Shown here piece after piece: positions 8,821 through 18,052 of a DNA stretch of 64,000 bases; the first letter of the stretch is position 1; each line of letters begins with the position of its first letter. Origin of the DNA: a virus. Made by a program: the position numbers and the translations under genes. Under the pieces are notes generated by a model, which saw only the letters and a list, made by a program, of their open reading frames with translations, had not been told where the DNA came from and searched no databases. Location of the stretch: positions 17,363-81,362 of IMG/VR virus record IMGVR_UViG_3300037010_002253; one strand, 5' to 3'.

Positions 8821-9129
8821 TCACGACCCTAGGGAGTACTTGATGACCTGGAGCTTGAGGACCGTCCGCTCGACCATCTCCTGCGTCTGATTGTCGCGGA
8901 AGTGAGTCATGTCGAATGCGGGAAGGAGGAGGTAGATGAACCCCGCAGGGGCCACCTTCCCGTTCGCGATGGCCGTCGCCTTCACCCCCTGGGAGATCGA
9001 GTGGACGCCGATACAGGACAAGTGAACCTTGCTGCCTTCGTCGTTGTATCGCACGATCGCCGTCGCGAGGTGCTGAACGTCCGTATCCGCCGCTACACGC
9101 AGCTCCTTCGTGTCCTCAGAGTTGTCCAT
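8821..9129 (-). CDS. spoVS: SpoVS-family (Alba-like) nucleic-acid-binding protein
   Basis: LRVAADTDVQHLATAI...CIGVHSISQGVKATAIANG matches SpoVS pattern (IGAGAxNQAVKAxAIARG). Confidence 0.75.
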   Translation of the reverse strand: MDNSEDTKELRVAADTDVQHLATAIVRYNDEGSKVHLSCIGVHSISQGVKATAIANGKVAPAGFIYLLLPAFDMTHFRDNQTQEMVERTVLKLQVIKYSLGS

Positions 9130-9140
9130 GGTCGTTTACC

Positions 9141-9662
9141 TCAGACGTTGCGCTGTCGTTCGAGACCCATCCGCCGCGTCATCTCCCGGCTGATCGCGTC
9201 CCGCCCGATGAGGTACCCCTGGAGCGCCGCTTCCGTCAGAGTGCAGGTACTTTCGCCGACCAGAACATCGAAGCCGATGGTCCGAACACGAGGATCGACC
9301 TCGACCTTAGCCTCCTTGTCAGGGTTCGTTCCAGTTTTCTCCAGCCGAACCTTCGCCCGCGTGATCTTGTCGGCCTTCTTTGTCGCCGCCGCGACAACGC
9401 CCAGGATGGCGAGGTGGAGGGTCGCGTACTGGGCCATCAGCGCGAACTCGCCGTGGATCTTCCCGATGGCGATGTCCGAGAGGGCAGTCAGGTCTCGCGG
9501 AAGTTGGGGGTCCAGGGGCTCCCCCTTCTCGTTGAGGGGACGCCGAGGAGCGCGGAGTTGAAGCGACCTCATTCGCTCCTTCACCGCCGCCTGGGCTGCG
9601 TTGACGTCGAAGAGAGGTCCCTGTGCCTCCTCCCGCTTTGGGAGCCGGAACTTGAACCTCAC
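9141..9662 (-). CDS. Helical protein, possible UvsY-like recombination mediator
   Basis: All-helical, ends ISREMTRR; in recombination module; weak. Confidence 0.4.
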   Translation of the reverse strand: MRFKFRLPKREEAQGPLFDVNAAQAAVKERMRSLQLRAPRRPLNEKGEPLDPQLPRDLTALSDIAIGKIHGEFALMAQYATLHLAILGVVAAATKKADKITRAKVRLEKTGTNPDKEAKVEVDPRVRTIGFDVLVGESTCTLTEAALQGYLIGRDAISREMTRRMGLERQRNV

Positions 9663-10042
9663 GGCTTCGCCACGCCGACCGCGACGATGACCTCGGCGCC
9701 CTGGTTGTCGGTGAGGGTCTTGAGGAGATCGGCGTAGAGGGTGGCCGCCTCGTCCTTGGTCTTGACGCGGAAGGGCAGGCTCGCCGCCACGAGGGTCTCC
9801 ACATCGCCGAAGACGCGCAGCGAGGTCTCGTGCTCTTTCGCCGCCTGGACGTACTGCTTGGTCGATTGGAGGTCCACCATCATCGCCGCGAACTCGTGAA
9901 GCTGGAGTCCGGTGAGGTACTTCCGCTCGCGGCTGTTGTGGTGGAAGAAGAAGTCGAGCACTTCGAGAAACTCTCCCACGGACAAGCCGCTGAGGGGCTT
10001 GCCCATGGGAGAGGTGATGGTCGGCTGCTTGTCGGAAGACAT
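9659..10042 (-). CDS. Hypothetical protein
   Basis: AAGGAG RBS before MSSDKQ. Confidence 0.55.
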   Translation of the reverse strand: MSSDKQPTITSPMGKPLSGLSVGEFLEVLDFFFHHNSRERKYLTGLQLHEFAAMMVDLQSTKQYVQAAKEHETSLRVFGDVETLVAASLPFRVKTKDEAATLYADLLKTLTDNQGAEVIVAVGVAKP

Positions 10043-10065
10043 GTCGTTCTCCTTGTCAGTGGTGG

Positions 10066-10404
10066 CTACTTCGTGGTGTTGGTCTGAACCGGGGAGCAGG
10101 CGTAGACGACCGACGGTGCCGCAGAGGACCGCGCGCCGCCATCCGCCGACTGCGGCTTCGTCCGCATGACGACCTCGACGACCTTGGGAACCACGGGGGA
10201 GACGGCGTGCTCGATGTCGCAGACGAGGCGCACGTTGGGGTCGTTCTCGCTCAAGAGAGGGGCGAGAGCGCACGCGGCATCACCGAGACCAGTCGCAGCG
10301 GTGACGACCTTCTTGTTCGCTTCCGCAGAACACGAAGCGAGGATCGCCATCGTCACCATCCCGACCGTGAACGTGGCGGACAACTGGAGTGGCCTTGCAT
10401 TCAT
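10066..10404 (-). CDS. Putative lipoprotein
   Basis: Hydrophobic signal ending in lipobox LASC. Confidence 0.55.
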   Translation of the reverse strand: MNARPLQLSATFTVGMVTMAILASCSAEANKKVVTAATGLGDAACALAPLLSENDPNVRLVCDIEHAVSPVVPKVVEVVMRTKPQSADGGARSSAAPSVVYACSPVQTNTTK

Positions 10405-10416
10405 ATGGGTTTCCTT

Positions 10417-11349
10417 TCAGACGGGCGCGCCCTTCGCGCGACAGTAGACAACGTACCGGCAGAAGCTGGTGTCGCAGGTGTCCTGATCGTACGCCGGGAG
10501 CTTGTTCTGGTCGACGTACTGCTGGAGGTGGATGACGCGCCGGTTGACAGCGTTCTCCATCTCGCCCGCAACCTCGACCGGGTACTCGGCGAGCTTCTGG
10601 TTGTTCTTGTTCCAGTAGACGATCGTGACCCAGCCGAGCTTGTGTAGGAGTCCGTACACGCACGCCTGGAAGGCGTGCTTCTGGAAGGTCCGCAACCCGC
10701 GAAGCCGGTTCTCCGCCGCCGAGTTGGACTTGTGCGGGCCGTCGACTCGGTTGCCACGACTCGAGATCCAGAACCCATCGGGCGCCTTCTCGATGGTGTC
10801 GTCGAGCGTGTTGATCTCATTCATCGGAGGAAGCGGACGCTCTGTGATGTTGCGGAAGCCGTCGTCGTTGATGGTTTTCAACTCGAGGCCCCACCTGTAC
10901 CCGTCGCCCCTGCGGATGAGGACGCCATCGCATGACCCGCGGATGAGGCCCCCGCCGGGGACCTCGTGGTGGACCCTCGACTCCGGCGCGAAGTAGATCC
11001 CCGGGTGGTCCGCGAGGTAGTTCTGCACGACCTTGTGGATCGCCGTCCCCTCGTCGAGGATGCGCTGCAACTGGTTCCCGATGTCTGGGAGGTTGGCGGG
11101 CGCATCGCACGCATGGAAAACGTTCGCCCTGTCACACCCGAAGAGGCCCGACGGTCGGAAGAACTTGTGCCGAACCTTCGCGCTGTCGAGGACCTGCTCG
11201 ATGAGTCCGATGATGGAAGGAGGCGAAGGGATCTTCTTCTCCTCGCGGGGCGCTTCGCTCTCGTCCGGGGTCGCGGAGGGTGGCCGCGGCGCCTCGGTCC
11301 CCGCCATCTTAGCCGCCTTCGCGCGCTGCAACTTGTCGGTCAAACTCAT
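10417..11349 (-). CDS. Cas4/RecB-like PD-(D/E)xK exonuclease with Fe-S-type Cys ligands
   Basis: RPSGLFGCDR, GTAIH, GSCDGVL, LELKT, QACVY, C-terminal C..C...C. Confidence 0.8.
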   Translation of the reverse strand: MSLTDKLQRAKAAKMAGTEAPRPPSATPDESEAPREEKKIPSPPSIIGLIEQVLDSAKVRHKFFRPSGLFGCDRANVFHACDAPANLPDIGNQLQRILDEGTAIHKVVQNYLADHPGIYFAPESRVHHEVPGGGLIRGSCDGVLIRRGDGYRWGLELKTINDDGFRNITERPLPPMNEINTLDDTIEKAPDGFWISSRGNRVDGPHKSNSAAENRLRGLRTFQKHAFQACVYGLLHKLGWVTIVYWNKNNQKLAEYPVEVAGEMENAVNRRVIHLQQYVDQNKLPAYDQDTCDTSFCRYVVYCRAKGAPV

Positions 11350-11687
11350 GTTGGTTCCTTGTCTGCGTGCGTCAACTGGAGGAAGAGATACCAAGGTATT
11401 ACTGCCATGTCCATCTTCCCTATCTGGACATGCATCACGGGTTCCCTACCCTCCGCCATCGCCTCGAACATGATCTTCGTCAGCTCGTCCGCCTTGAGGT
11501 GGTAGGACTTGGCGTCGGTCCGCTTCGCTTCGACGAGGTACTCGGGCGTCTTCCCATCCCCCTTCGCGTTCCAGCGGTTACCGCTACCTGGGGTCACCTT
11601 GCCGCCGAGGTCCCGCATCGCAGACACTTCCTGCGCGCGGGACCTTGTCAGGCGAGGCGACTTATTTGGTCGCCGGAGGAGGGGCAT
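11346..11687 (-). CDS. Second resolvase-like PD-(D/E)xK nuclease
   Basis: QE...GGKVTPGSGN...KGDG...LVEAKRT. Confidence 0.7.
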   Translation of the reverse strand: MPLLRRPNKSPRLTRSRAQEVSAMRDLGGKVTPGSGNRWNAKGDGKTPEYLVEAKRTDAKSYHLKADELTKIMFEAMAEGREPVMHVQIGKMDMAVIPWYLFLQLTHADKEPT

Positions 11688-11871
11688 TGAACGACTCGGG
11701 TGCGAGTTCGAGCTCGAGTGTGTTGATCATGGGGTACTCGGTGTGTGCTCTCGCCCTCGCCTCGAACCACGTCCGAGCGTAAATGTACGTCAAGTACGCG
11801 CGCTTCCCGGGCCGGTTGTCGTAGATGCACCACCGAACGGGTTCAGAGGGCGGAGAAGAAAGCTCTTTCAT
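11662..11871 (-). CDS. Small hypothetical protein
   Basis: ORF directly after recA stop. Confidence 0.45.
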   Translation of the reverse strand: MKELSSPPSEPVRWCIYDNRPGKRAYLTYIYARTWFEARARAHTEYPMINTLELELAPESFNAPPPATK

Positions 11872-12987
11872 CTACCTCTCCACCAGCGCCTCACGGATGT
11901 CCGCGCGGATCGCCTCTTGGATGTCCTCGTGTTCGCGCAGAATCGCAAGAAACTGCGCGGCGCTCGACGCCTCGATGCCATACCCCTCTAGGTTCGCCCC
12001 CCGCTGCTCGAGGAGGTCGTACCCACGCGCGAGGTTGAACAACATGTCGGGGACGTCGAGGCCGGGCTCGATCTCGCTCGACCACGCGCCCTTGCCGCTC
12101 CCGCCGCTCTCCGCCCACGGTAGGAAGTAGAACGAGAACTTCCCCACCCGCTCCGGCGTCGCGGTCTTGTTCTTCACGCAGCGCACGTTGAAGGTCCGCG
12201 AGACGATCTTGCGGTGCTCGGACTTGTCCTTCTCGGTGTACCGCAACTCCCCTTTCTTGAACTGAAGGGCGATGCTTTTCCAGTGAAGGATGCTACGCGC
12301 CTGGATCGGTTCCGGTTCGGGGGTTCCAGTCGGGGACCACTTCCCGATCGCGCTGCGCACCTGAGAGATCCCGAGGATGGCCGTGTTCGACCCGCCCTGG
12401 TTCATCGCCGCGTAGGCCCGCCGCATGACACGCCCCCACATCTGCGAGGACCCGCCGCCGCCGTACGCCTGCTTCTCGATCCCCGCCGACGCCTCCGTCG
12501 CCGTGCCGAAGCTCTGGAACGAGTCGAGAGCCAGCAGGTCGATGAGACCAGACTCGAACATGGTCATGGCCACCTCCATCGAGGTGTCTCCCATCCCCAC
12601 GTCGACCATGATGAGCTTGTCTACGTTCACACCGAGCTTCCTCGCCCAGGCTGCGTCGAACCCCTCGCGGAAGAACCCAGCGGCGAGGCCGCCGTTCCTC
12701 TGGGTCTCCGCAATCGCGAGAAGCATAGCGAGAGACTTCCCGCTCGACTCCTCGCCGTGCAACTCCGTGAGCATCCCCTTCGGGTACCCGCCGCCCGTCA
12801 GGACGTCGAGCGTGTCGATCCCCGTGGGGATTCGCTGGACGGGCGGGTGGTCGGTCCCGAGGTAGACGTGACCGTCCTCGAGCTCCCTGTTGATGGTCCC
12901 CATCATCGCCTTGAGCTGCTCCATCCTCGAGGGGACCCTCTCGGTGGCGGCGACCTTCTTCGTCTTCGTGACCTTCTTCTTCGGCAT
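11872..12987 (-). CDS. recA: RecA/UvsX-like recombinase
   Basis: IPTGIDTLDVLTGGGYPKG, Walker A GEESSGKS, LALDS, ISQVR, VKNK. Confidence 0.9.
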   Translation of the reverse strand: MPKKKVTKTKKVAATERVPSRMEQLKAMMGTINRELEDGHVYLGTDHPPVQRIPTGIDTLDVLTGGGYPKGMLTELHGEESSGKSLAMLLAIAETQRNGGLAAGFFREGFDAAWARKLGVNVDKLIMVDVGMGDTSMEVAMTMFESGLIDLLALDSFQSFGTATEASAGIEKQAYGGGGSSQMWGRVMRRAYAAMNQGGSNTAILGISQVRSAIGKWSPTGTPEPEPIQARSILHWKSIALQFKKGELRYTEKDKSEHRKIVSRTFNVRCVKNKTATPERVGKFSFYFLPWAESGGSGKGAWSSEIEPGLDVPDMLFNLARGYDLLEQRGANLEGYGIEASSAAQFLAILREHEDIQEAIRADIREALVER

Positions 12988-12995
12988 GGTGACTC

Positions 12996-15869
12996 CTACT
13001 GCTTCGCCTTACCCCAGGACTCCCCGAACCCGATCTCCGCTGGCGTGTCGACGCGGAGGTCCTTGAAGCCGTACACGCGGTACGGGTGGCTGACGTACTC
13101 CTCGATGATCGGCCGGCACTCCTCCTCCGCGCCCTTCGGGACGTTGAACAGCAGCTCGTCGTGAATCTGAAGGGTCATCTCGACGCCCAGCTCCTCAAGT
13201 CGCTTGTCCGCGTCGATGAGCAGCATCGACATCTTCAATAGGTCGGCTGCACTTCCCTGGATGACGTAGTTGAACGCCTGCCGCTCCGCCCGCCTGCGCA
13301 ATCCCATCTCGTCGGAGTTGATGAAGGGGATGGCCACCCGACGCCGGAGGATGGTCCTCACGAACCCGTCCTGGCGAGCTCTGCGCTGGATCCGGTCGAT
13401 GCCCGACCTCATCCCCGCGTAGAGGTTGAAGAAGCCCTGCACCGCTTCCTTCCCTGCCTGCTCGCTGACGCCCGCCATCTGCGCGTACGTGCTCGGACCC
13501 ATCCCGTACAGGGTGTTCCCGACGACGCGACCCTCAACCGTGAAGCGATGCCGAGGACCTGCGTTCACGATGTCGTAGACCCGGGCGACCTGTTTCGGTT
13601 GTTGATAGAATAAGTGGTCAGCCTCAGATTCTGCGGCGAGTAGTGTCCATCGTTGTCGATCCGATCGAACACCAAGCCTTTGAAGGTAGAGTCCGACCAC
13701 TTCTTCAACGCCCAGCGTACGAAGTGCTCCCTCGACCGAAACAAGACCTTGATGCCCCTCCCCTTGTACCGGGGGGACGAGACATGCGTGTCCCTCTCGC
13801 ACCTCTGTACCATCGCGGCGTACCGACGACCGAGCATCGCCGCCCGGGAATCGTGGTACTTCTGCCCGCGCTGGCATCGGCAGTTCGTAGTTTTCCTCGC
13901 GCGAACGTTGTCCACTAGAAGCCAATGCTTCTTTTCGCACGCGGAGCACTCCGCCTCTACGTACCTTCTCGCCCTCGACCCCGGCCTCGCGCGCCGCTCG
14001 ACCTCGCCGGTCAAACGCATCGTACCCAACGGCAGCTTCCCCAGCTCCGCCAACAGCAAGTCGTCCGAAACGAACCGTGGATGCTGCGAGCCCGAACGGA
14101 ATCTTGTGTCCTTCATCGGTGTAGACCTCGTGGCCGAGAGTTGCGGTGAGACCATCGTAAGTGAGGACGGCCTTTTCACCCTTGAACACCACCCCCTCAT
14201 GGTGGACCCACTCTACCCCGTCCCATAGAAGATCGGAATCCTGAACTCGCTCGATTGGGACGAGGCCACGCTTCGTGAGAACCCGCTGGCCCTCCGCGAT
14301 GCAGCCGAAGTTGATCGTCTTGCTGCGCCGTCGCGCCTCGGGGAACTTCGCCTTGACCTCGTGCAGCAGGTCCCCGTCCACAGTCCGCGCTCCGACCCAG
14401 CGACGGACCTCCGAATCGATCTCGGTCGCCGTCAGGGAGTGCAAGTCCCACCCCCGGTTGATGGCGTTCAGCATCACCGCGTCGTTCGTGAAATGCGCCG
14501 CAAGACGCAACTCGATCTGGCTCAGGTCGATGTCCCCGACCACGCATCCATCGGGCGCGATGAACGCCTCGCGAATGTGGAAGGCGTCGTTCTCCATGGA
14601 CGGGATGTTCTGGAGGTTGTGCGCGGAGGACGACAAGCGAAGGGTCGCAGTTCCCGTCTGCTTGAGGTTGGTGTGGACCTTCCCGCCGTACTCACCGGCC
14701 GAGTGGATGAACGGCTCCACGTACGTTCCGCGCAACTTGTCCAGCTCGCGGTACGCCAGGATGATGTCCGCGATCTGCTTCGCCACTGGGTCCTTGAAGC
14801 TGGTCAGGGAATCGTCATCTGTCGACGGGAGGCCCGTGGGGGTTCGCTTCGCGATGGGCGTTCGGAGGTGGACCTCGAAGAGGTTCGCTACCTGCTTGGA
14901 CGACCCGAGGTTGAAGTCGGCGAGCACGTCATTAGAGACGCCGTACTTCTGGCAGGTGCGGAGGAACTCACTGACCGTATCCTCGATCTTCGCGTCGACC
15001 TGAAGCTTCATCTCCTCGAGCCGCACCGTGTCCACCCGACACCCGCGCCGCTCCATGCGGTAGAGGACCTGGGTGTAAGGTAGGTCGAACTGCTTGTAGT
15101 AGTCCCAGTAGGATTTGCCGTTGACCCACTCCTCCGCCTCCAGGGCGGCCCTAAGGACCTCGAACCCCATCAGGGAGAAGAGCGGGTCTTTGCAGGCGTA
15201 CGTGATGAGACGGTGGACGCCCACAGGGTCCTGCACCACCTCGTCGAGGTGGGGGACCTCAAACGTCTTGCTAGGTGTCCCGTCTCGCTTGAGCTTCGGC
15301 CGCTTGAACGTCTCGCTGTACTCGCGGATGGCACCCCACGTCTCGCCGAAGAGGGTGATGAGCTTGTACCCGAAGTACCTCTCCATGATGTGTTTCAGGC
15401 CGTGGTACATCTCGCCGCTCGCGGACAGCGTGTCCATGACCTGCGTGTCCCCCGCGAACCCATCGAGCGTGATCCCGTGGTTCCCGCAGACGTGCATGTC
15501 GTACTTGAGGTTCGACCCGACCTTGCCGATGTCGGGGTCCTCCAAGACGCCCTTGAAGTGGCGCAGGGTCCCTTCCCACGGCCCCCAGTTCGGGACGAAG
15601 ATCCGCGAGCCAGGAGCGCCTGGGTCGTACCCGCACGAGAACTGTGCGCAGATCGCGCGCGCCTTTCCTTTCGCGTGCTCCTTCCTCGGGTCGCATCCGA
15701 CCGTCTCGGTATCGAAGCCGACGACTTCCGCGTCCCGGATCATCCGAAGGGCTTGCCCAACCTTCTCCGGGGTATCAGTGATGAACGCCCCATCGACCTC
15801 GGGCAGCGTCGGTCCGCTGTAGTCGCGCCGCTTCTTGCGGCCGAGGTTCAAGTGCCACTGGTTTCCCAC
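12996..15869 (-). CDS. polA: Family A DNA polymerase with 3'-5' exonuclease, intein-containing
   Basis: FDTET exo I, TATLRLSSSAHNLQNIP, DLSQIELR motif A, RRRSKTINFG/TLYG motif B split by intein, QIHDELL motif C. Confidence 0.95.
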   Translation of the reverse strand: MGNQWHLNLGRKKRRDYSGPTLPEVDGAFITDTPEKVGQALRMIRDAEVVGFDTETVGCDPRKEHAKGKARAICAQFSCGYDPGAPGSRIFVPNWGPWEGTLRHFKGVLEDPDIGKVGSNLKYDMHVCGNHGITLDGFAGDTQVMDTLSASGEMYHGLKHIMERYFGYKLITLFGETWGAIREYSETFKRPKLKRDGTPSKTFEVPHLDEVVQDPVGVHRLITYACKDPLFSLMGFEVLRAALEAEEWVNGKSYWDYYKQFDLPYTQVLYRMERRGCRVDTVRLEEMKLQVDAKIEDTVSEFLRTCQKYGVSNDVLADFNLGSSKQVANLFEVHLRTPIAKRTPTGLPSTDDDSLTSFKDPVAKQIADIILAYRELDKLRGTYVEPFIHSAGEYGGKVHTNLKQTGTATLRLSSSAHNLQNIPSMENDAFHIREAFIAPDGCVVGDIDLSQIELRLAAHFTNDAVMLNAINRGWDLHSLTATEIDSEVRRWVGARTVDGDLLHEVKAKFPEARRRSKTINFGCIAEGQRVLTKRGLVPIERVQDSDLLWDGVEWVHHEGVVFKGEKAVLTYDGLTATLGHEVYTDEGHKIPFGLAASTVRFGRLAVGGAGEAAVGYDAFDRRGRAAREAGVEGEKVRRGGVLRVRKEALASSGQRSREENYELPMPARAEVPRFPGGDARSSVRRDGTEVREGHACLVPPVQGEGHQGLVSVEGALRTLGVEEVVGLYLQRLGVRSDRQRWTLLAAESEADHLFYQQPKQVARVYDIVNAGPRHRFTVEGRVVGNTLYGMGPSTYAQMAGVSEQAGKEAVQGFFNLYAGMRSGIDRIQRRARQDGFVRTILRRRVAIPFINSDEMGLRRRAERQAFNYVIQGSAADLLKMSMLLIDADKRLEELGVEMTLQIHDELLFNVPKGAEEECRPIIEEYVSHPYRVYGFKDLRVDTPAEIGFGESWGKAKQ
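13515..14303 (-). mobile_element. Intein (263 aa) in PolA motif B
   Basis: Starts CIAEGQRVLTKRGLVPIE (block A), TATLGHEV (block B), VYDIVNAGPRHRFTVEGRVVGN/T (blocks F/G; +1 Thr); removal restores KTINFG-TLYGMG. Confidence 0.92.
13565..14116 (-). CDS. HNH-type homing endonuclease nested in the intein, +1 frame
   Basis: CSAC...NCRC, YAAMVQRC, YKGRGIKV, DRIDNDGHYSPQNLRLTT...NNRNR phage HNH signature; GAGGT RBS 8 nt before ATG 14116. Confidence 0.85.
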   Translation of the reverse strand: MKDTRFRSGSQHPRFVSDDLLLAELGKLPLGTMRLTGEVERRARPGSRARRYVEAECSACEKKHWLLVDNVRARKTTNCRCQRGQKYHDSRAAMLGRRYAAMVQRCERDTHVSSPRYKGRGIKVLFRSREHFVRWALKKWSDSTFKGLVFDRIDNDGHYSPQNLRLTTYSINNRNRSPGSTTS

Positions 15870-15896
15870 GAAATGACTCCTTTTGCTTATCCGACG

Positions 15897-15925
15897 AAAA
15901 GAGGGGAACCCGTGGGTTCCCCTCT
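15897..15925 (-). terminator. Rho-independent terminator after SSB gene
   Basis: GAGGGGAACCC/GGGTTCCCCTC inverted repeat followed by TTTT on minus strand. Confidence 0.65.
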
Positions 15926-15942
15926 CCTCACCGCGCTACGTC

Positions 15943-16887
15943 TCAGCCCATGATCGTGTCGTCGTCCATGTCCTCCGTGTAGCTAGAGGTCGACGCGGCA
16001 TCCGGTCCGCCCGCGAACGGGTTGTCGATGCCGAGCTTCTCCGCCTGGGTCTTCGCCGACATCGGCTTGCAGACCGCGGGAAGATCCCACGGTTCAAGGT
16101 CGTCGAGCCAGTCGGGCTGCTCGCCGAACTCGTCCATGATGGGGTTGAAGGAGTAGGCCGTGGACTTCCCGCCGCCGGTCCGCTTCACGAGGATGGGCAC
16201 GTCGAAGATCGACCCGCGCTCGGGGCTCTTGCAGCCCGAACACGCGAGGATCTCGGTCACGCCTTCCGGCAGGTCCGTGGGGTCGTCCACGTCGACCTCG
16301 CGGCCCTTCGCGTCCTTGTAGCCGAGGACCTTGATCTTCCCCTTCTTGCAGGAGCGGCACCGCTTCGCCGCGATGTCGTTCGCGCCGGAGAGGGCCTGCG
16401 CCCACATCATCGACATCGAGTACTTCTTCTGGCCACCGCGCGACCGCTCCAGCTTCTTCTTGCAGCCGTCGCAGGTGTTCTTCCCGCCGACCTCCTCGTC
16501 GTACGTGCAGGCGGTCCAGGAGGTCTTCTCCGAATCCTGGCCGCGGAACTTGACCGTGGTCGTCTCCTTGTGGAACCAGCGGGAGTCCGCGACGTTGAAC
16601 GTCGCCTTCGGCGTCGGCTTCCCGACCCGCTTGTCGTTCCGCTGGTAGGCGAAGCAGGGAACGCACCCGAGATGACCCTCGTGGCCCTGTGCGCAGGTCA
16701 GGGTCAGGAACTTGTTCCCGCCGAGGCTGATGGTGTGATCGTGGTTGAGGTACGGCTCGGACGCCGTACCGTTGAAGTACAGCTTCGCTTCCTCGCCGTC
16801 GTAGAGGAAGAAGTTCGGTGCGTATTGCATCCGGTCACGCTTCATCTCGTCCGCGACCTTGGCTACCTGTCGAAAGTTGGGAGGCAT
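15943..16887 (-). CDS. Single-stranded DNA-binding protein (gp32-like) with several CxxC motifs
   Basis: Between primase and polymerase; VKRTGGGKSTAYSF; acidic C-terminal tail. Confidence 0.65.
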   Translation of the reverse strand: MPPNFRQVAKVADEMKRDRMQYAPNFFLYDGEEAKLYFNGTASEPYLNHDHTISLGGNKFLTLTCAQGHEGHLGCVPCFAYQRNDKRVGKPTPKATFNVADSRWFHKETTTVKFRGQDSEKTSWTACTYDEEVGGKNTCDGCKKKLERSRGGQKKYSMSMMWAQALSGANDIAAKRCRSCKKGKIKVLGYKDAKGREVDVDDPTDLPEGVTEILACSGCKSPERGSIFDVPILVKRTGGGKSTAYSFNPIMDEFGEQPDWLDDLEPWDLPAVCKPMSAKTQAEKLGIDNPFAGGPDAASTSSYTEDMDDDTIMG

Positions 16888-16972
16888 GTTGCTTTACTTT
16901 CTTTGTTCGCTGTCCGCTATTCGGACCAGTCGATTCCACCACAGTTTTAGGGGAAACACTAGGGAAAAACAG

Positions 16973-18052
16973 TCACTTCTTTCGTCGGCCACCTCGTTCC
17001 ATGACCATGTTGTCGATGCGCCACTCGTCGTACGGCACGACCCCGTGGATCGCGTCACGGAGCTGCTTCGCTCCATCAGAGACCTCGACAAGCGAACCCA
17101 TGTCCTTCACGCCCTCAGGGTACTTGAGCACGTAGACCGACCCCGGTCCCATTTTCTCAAGAAGCTGGTCCCCGACGAAGAACGTGGTGAGCTGCCCATC
17201 CCGGTCGCTGTCGAACGCGAGGAAGACAAGCGAGTAGGTTCGCATCACATCGATCTGGTGCGTCGTCACCCGCGATCCCATCGTCGACACCGGGAGGTAC
17301 GGCGCGACCTGGGTCGGGTGGTCCCCGGGTCGACCGGCAAGGTGGACGTAGTTGGGGAGGTCGCCCAGGTCGAGCTGGTCGAACGCAATAGCGTCGAGCT
17401 GCCCCTCCGTGACGACCAAGGTCTTCACCCCGTGGGGGCGCCTGTGCTCCCCGTAGAGGTGTTGGCCCTTGGAGAACCCGAGATGGAGGTACTTGGGGTT
17501 CTGCTCCTCCCACACAGCGCGTTTCGAGAACCCAACCAGCAGCCCGCTCCCCGACCGAACGGGGATGGTGGCGCGCTGTGCTTCCGTGTCGAACCCGATC
17601 TCCCACTCCTTGAGCACGTCCTTCGTGAACCCACGGTCCAGCAAGTACTTCGGGCAGCGATCGTAGAGGGTCAGGAGACGGGGGTTCGGAGCAGCGTGGA
17701 TCACGTCCCCTGACGCCTTCGCGCCATGCGTGCGCCTCGCATCGTAGTCGGGGAGGATGGTGTCAGCCTCCTCCTCGGGGTCAAGTCCGCGGGCGAACGA
17801 CGCGGTCTCGCCGATCGCCTTCTGCGGGGACCATCCGCACGCTTCCACAAGGAAGGTGTAGATATTACCCTGCGCGCCACACCGCGACGAGTAGCAGACG
17901 TACAGACCCGTCTCCGCGTGCATAGCGAACTGGGTCCCGTCCTTGACGGCGTGGTACGGACAAGTACTTGTAAAGTTCCCGCTCGCAGAGAGCCGGATGC
18001 GCTCGCACCCGGCCTCCTTCATCCACCTCTCGACCTTCGCCGCGTTGCTCAC
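16973..18052 (-). CDS. DnaG-like DNA primase
   Basis: CPYH...CYSSRC zinc finger; PKYLH; TEGQLDA and AFDSDRDG TOPRIM motifs. Confidence 0.9.
   Translation of the reverse strand: MSNAAKVERWMKEAGCERIRLSASGNFTSTCPYHAVKDGTQFAMHAETGLYVCYSSRCGAQGNIYTFLVEACGWSPQKAIGETASFARGLDPEEEADTILPDYDARRTHGAKASGDVIHAAPNPRLLTLYDRCPKYLLDRGFTKDVLKEWEIGFDTEAQRATIPVRSGSGLLVGFSKRAVWEEQNPKYLHLGFSKGQHLYGEHRRPHGVKTLVVTEGQLDAIAFDQLDLGDLPNYVHLAGRPGDHPTQVAPYLPVSTMGSRVTTHQIDVMRTYSLVFLAFDSDRDGQLTTFFVGDQLLEKMGPGSVYVLKYPEGVKDMGSLVEVSDGAKQLRDAIHGVVPYDEWRIDNMVMERGGRRKK

Noticed and set aside
10417-11349. CRISPR-Cas locus suggested by the Cas4-like gene
   Set aside because: No repeat-spacer array or other cas genes seen; stand-alone Cas4-like exonucleases are common in phages
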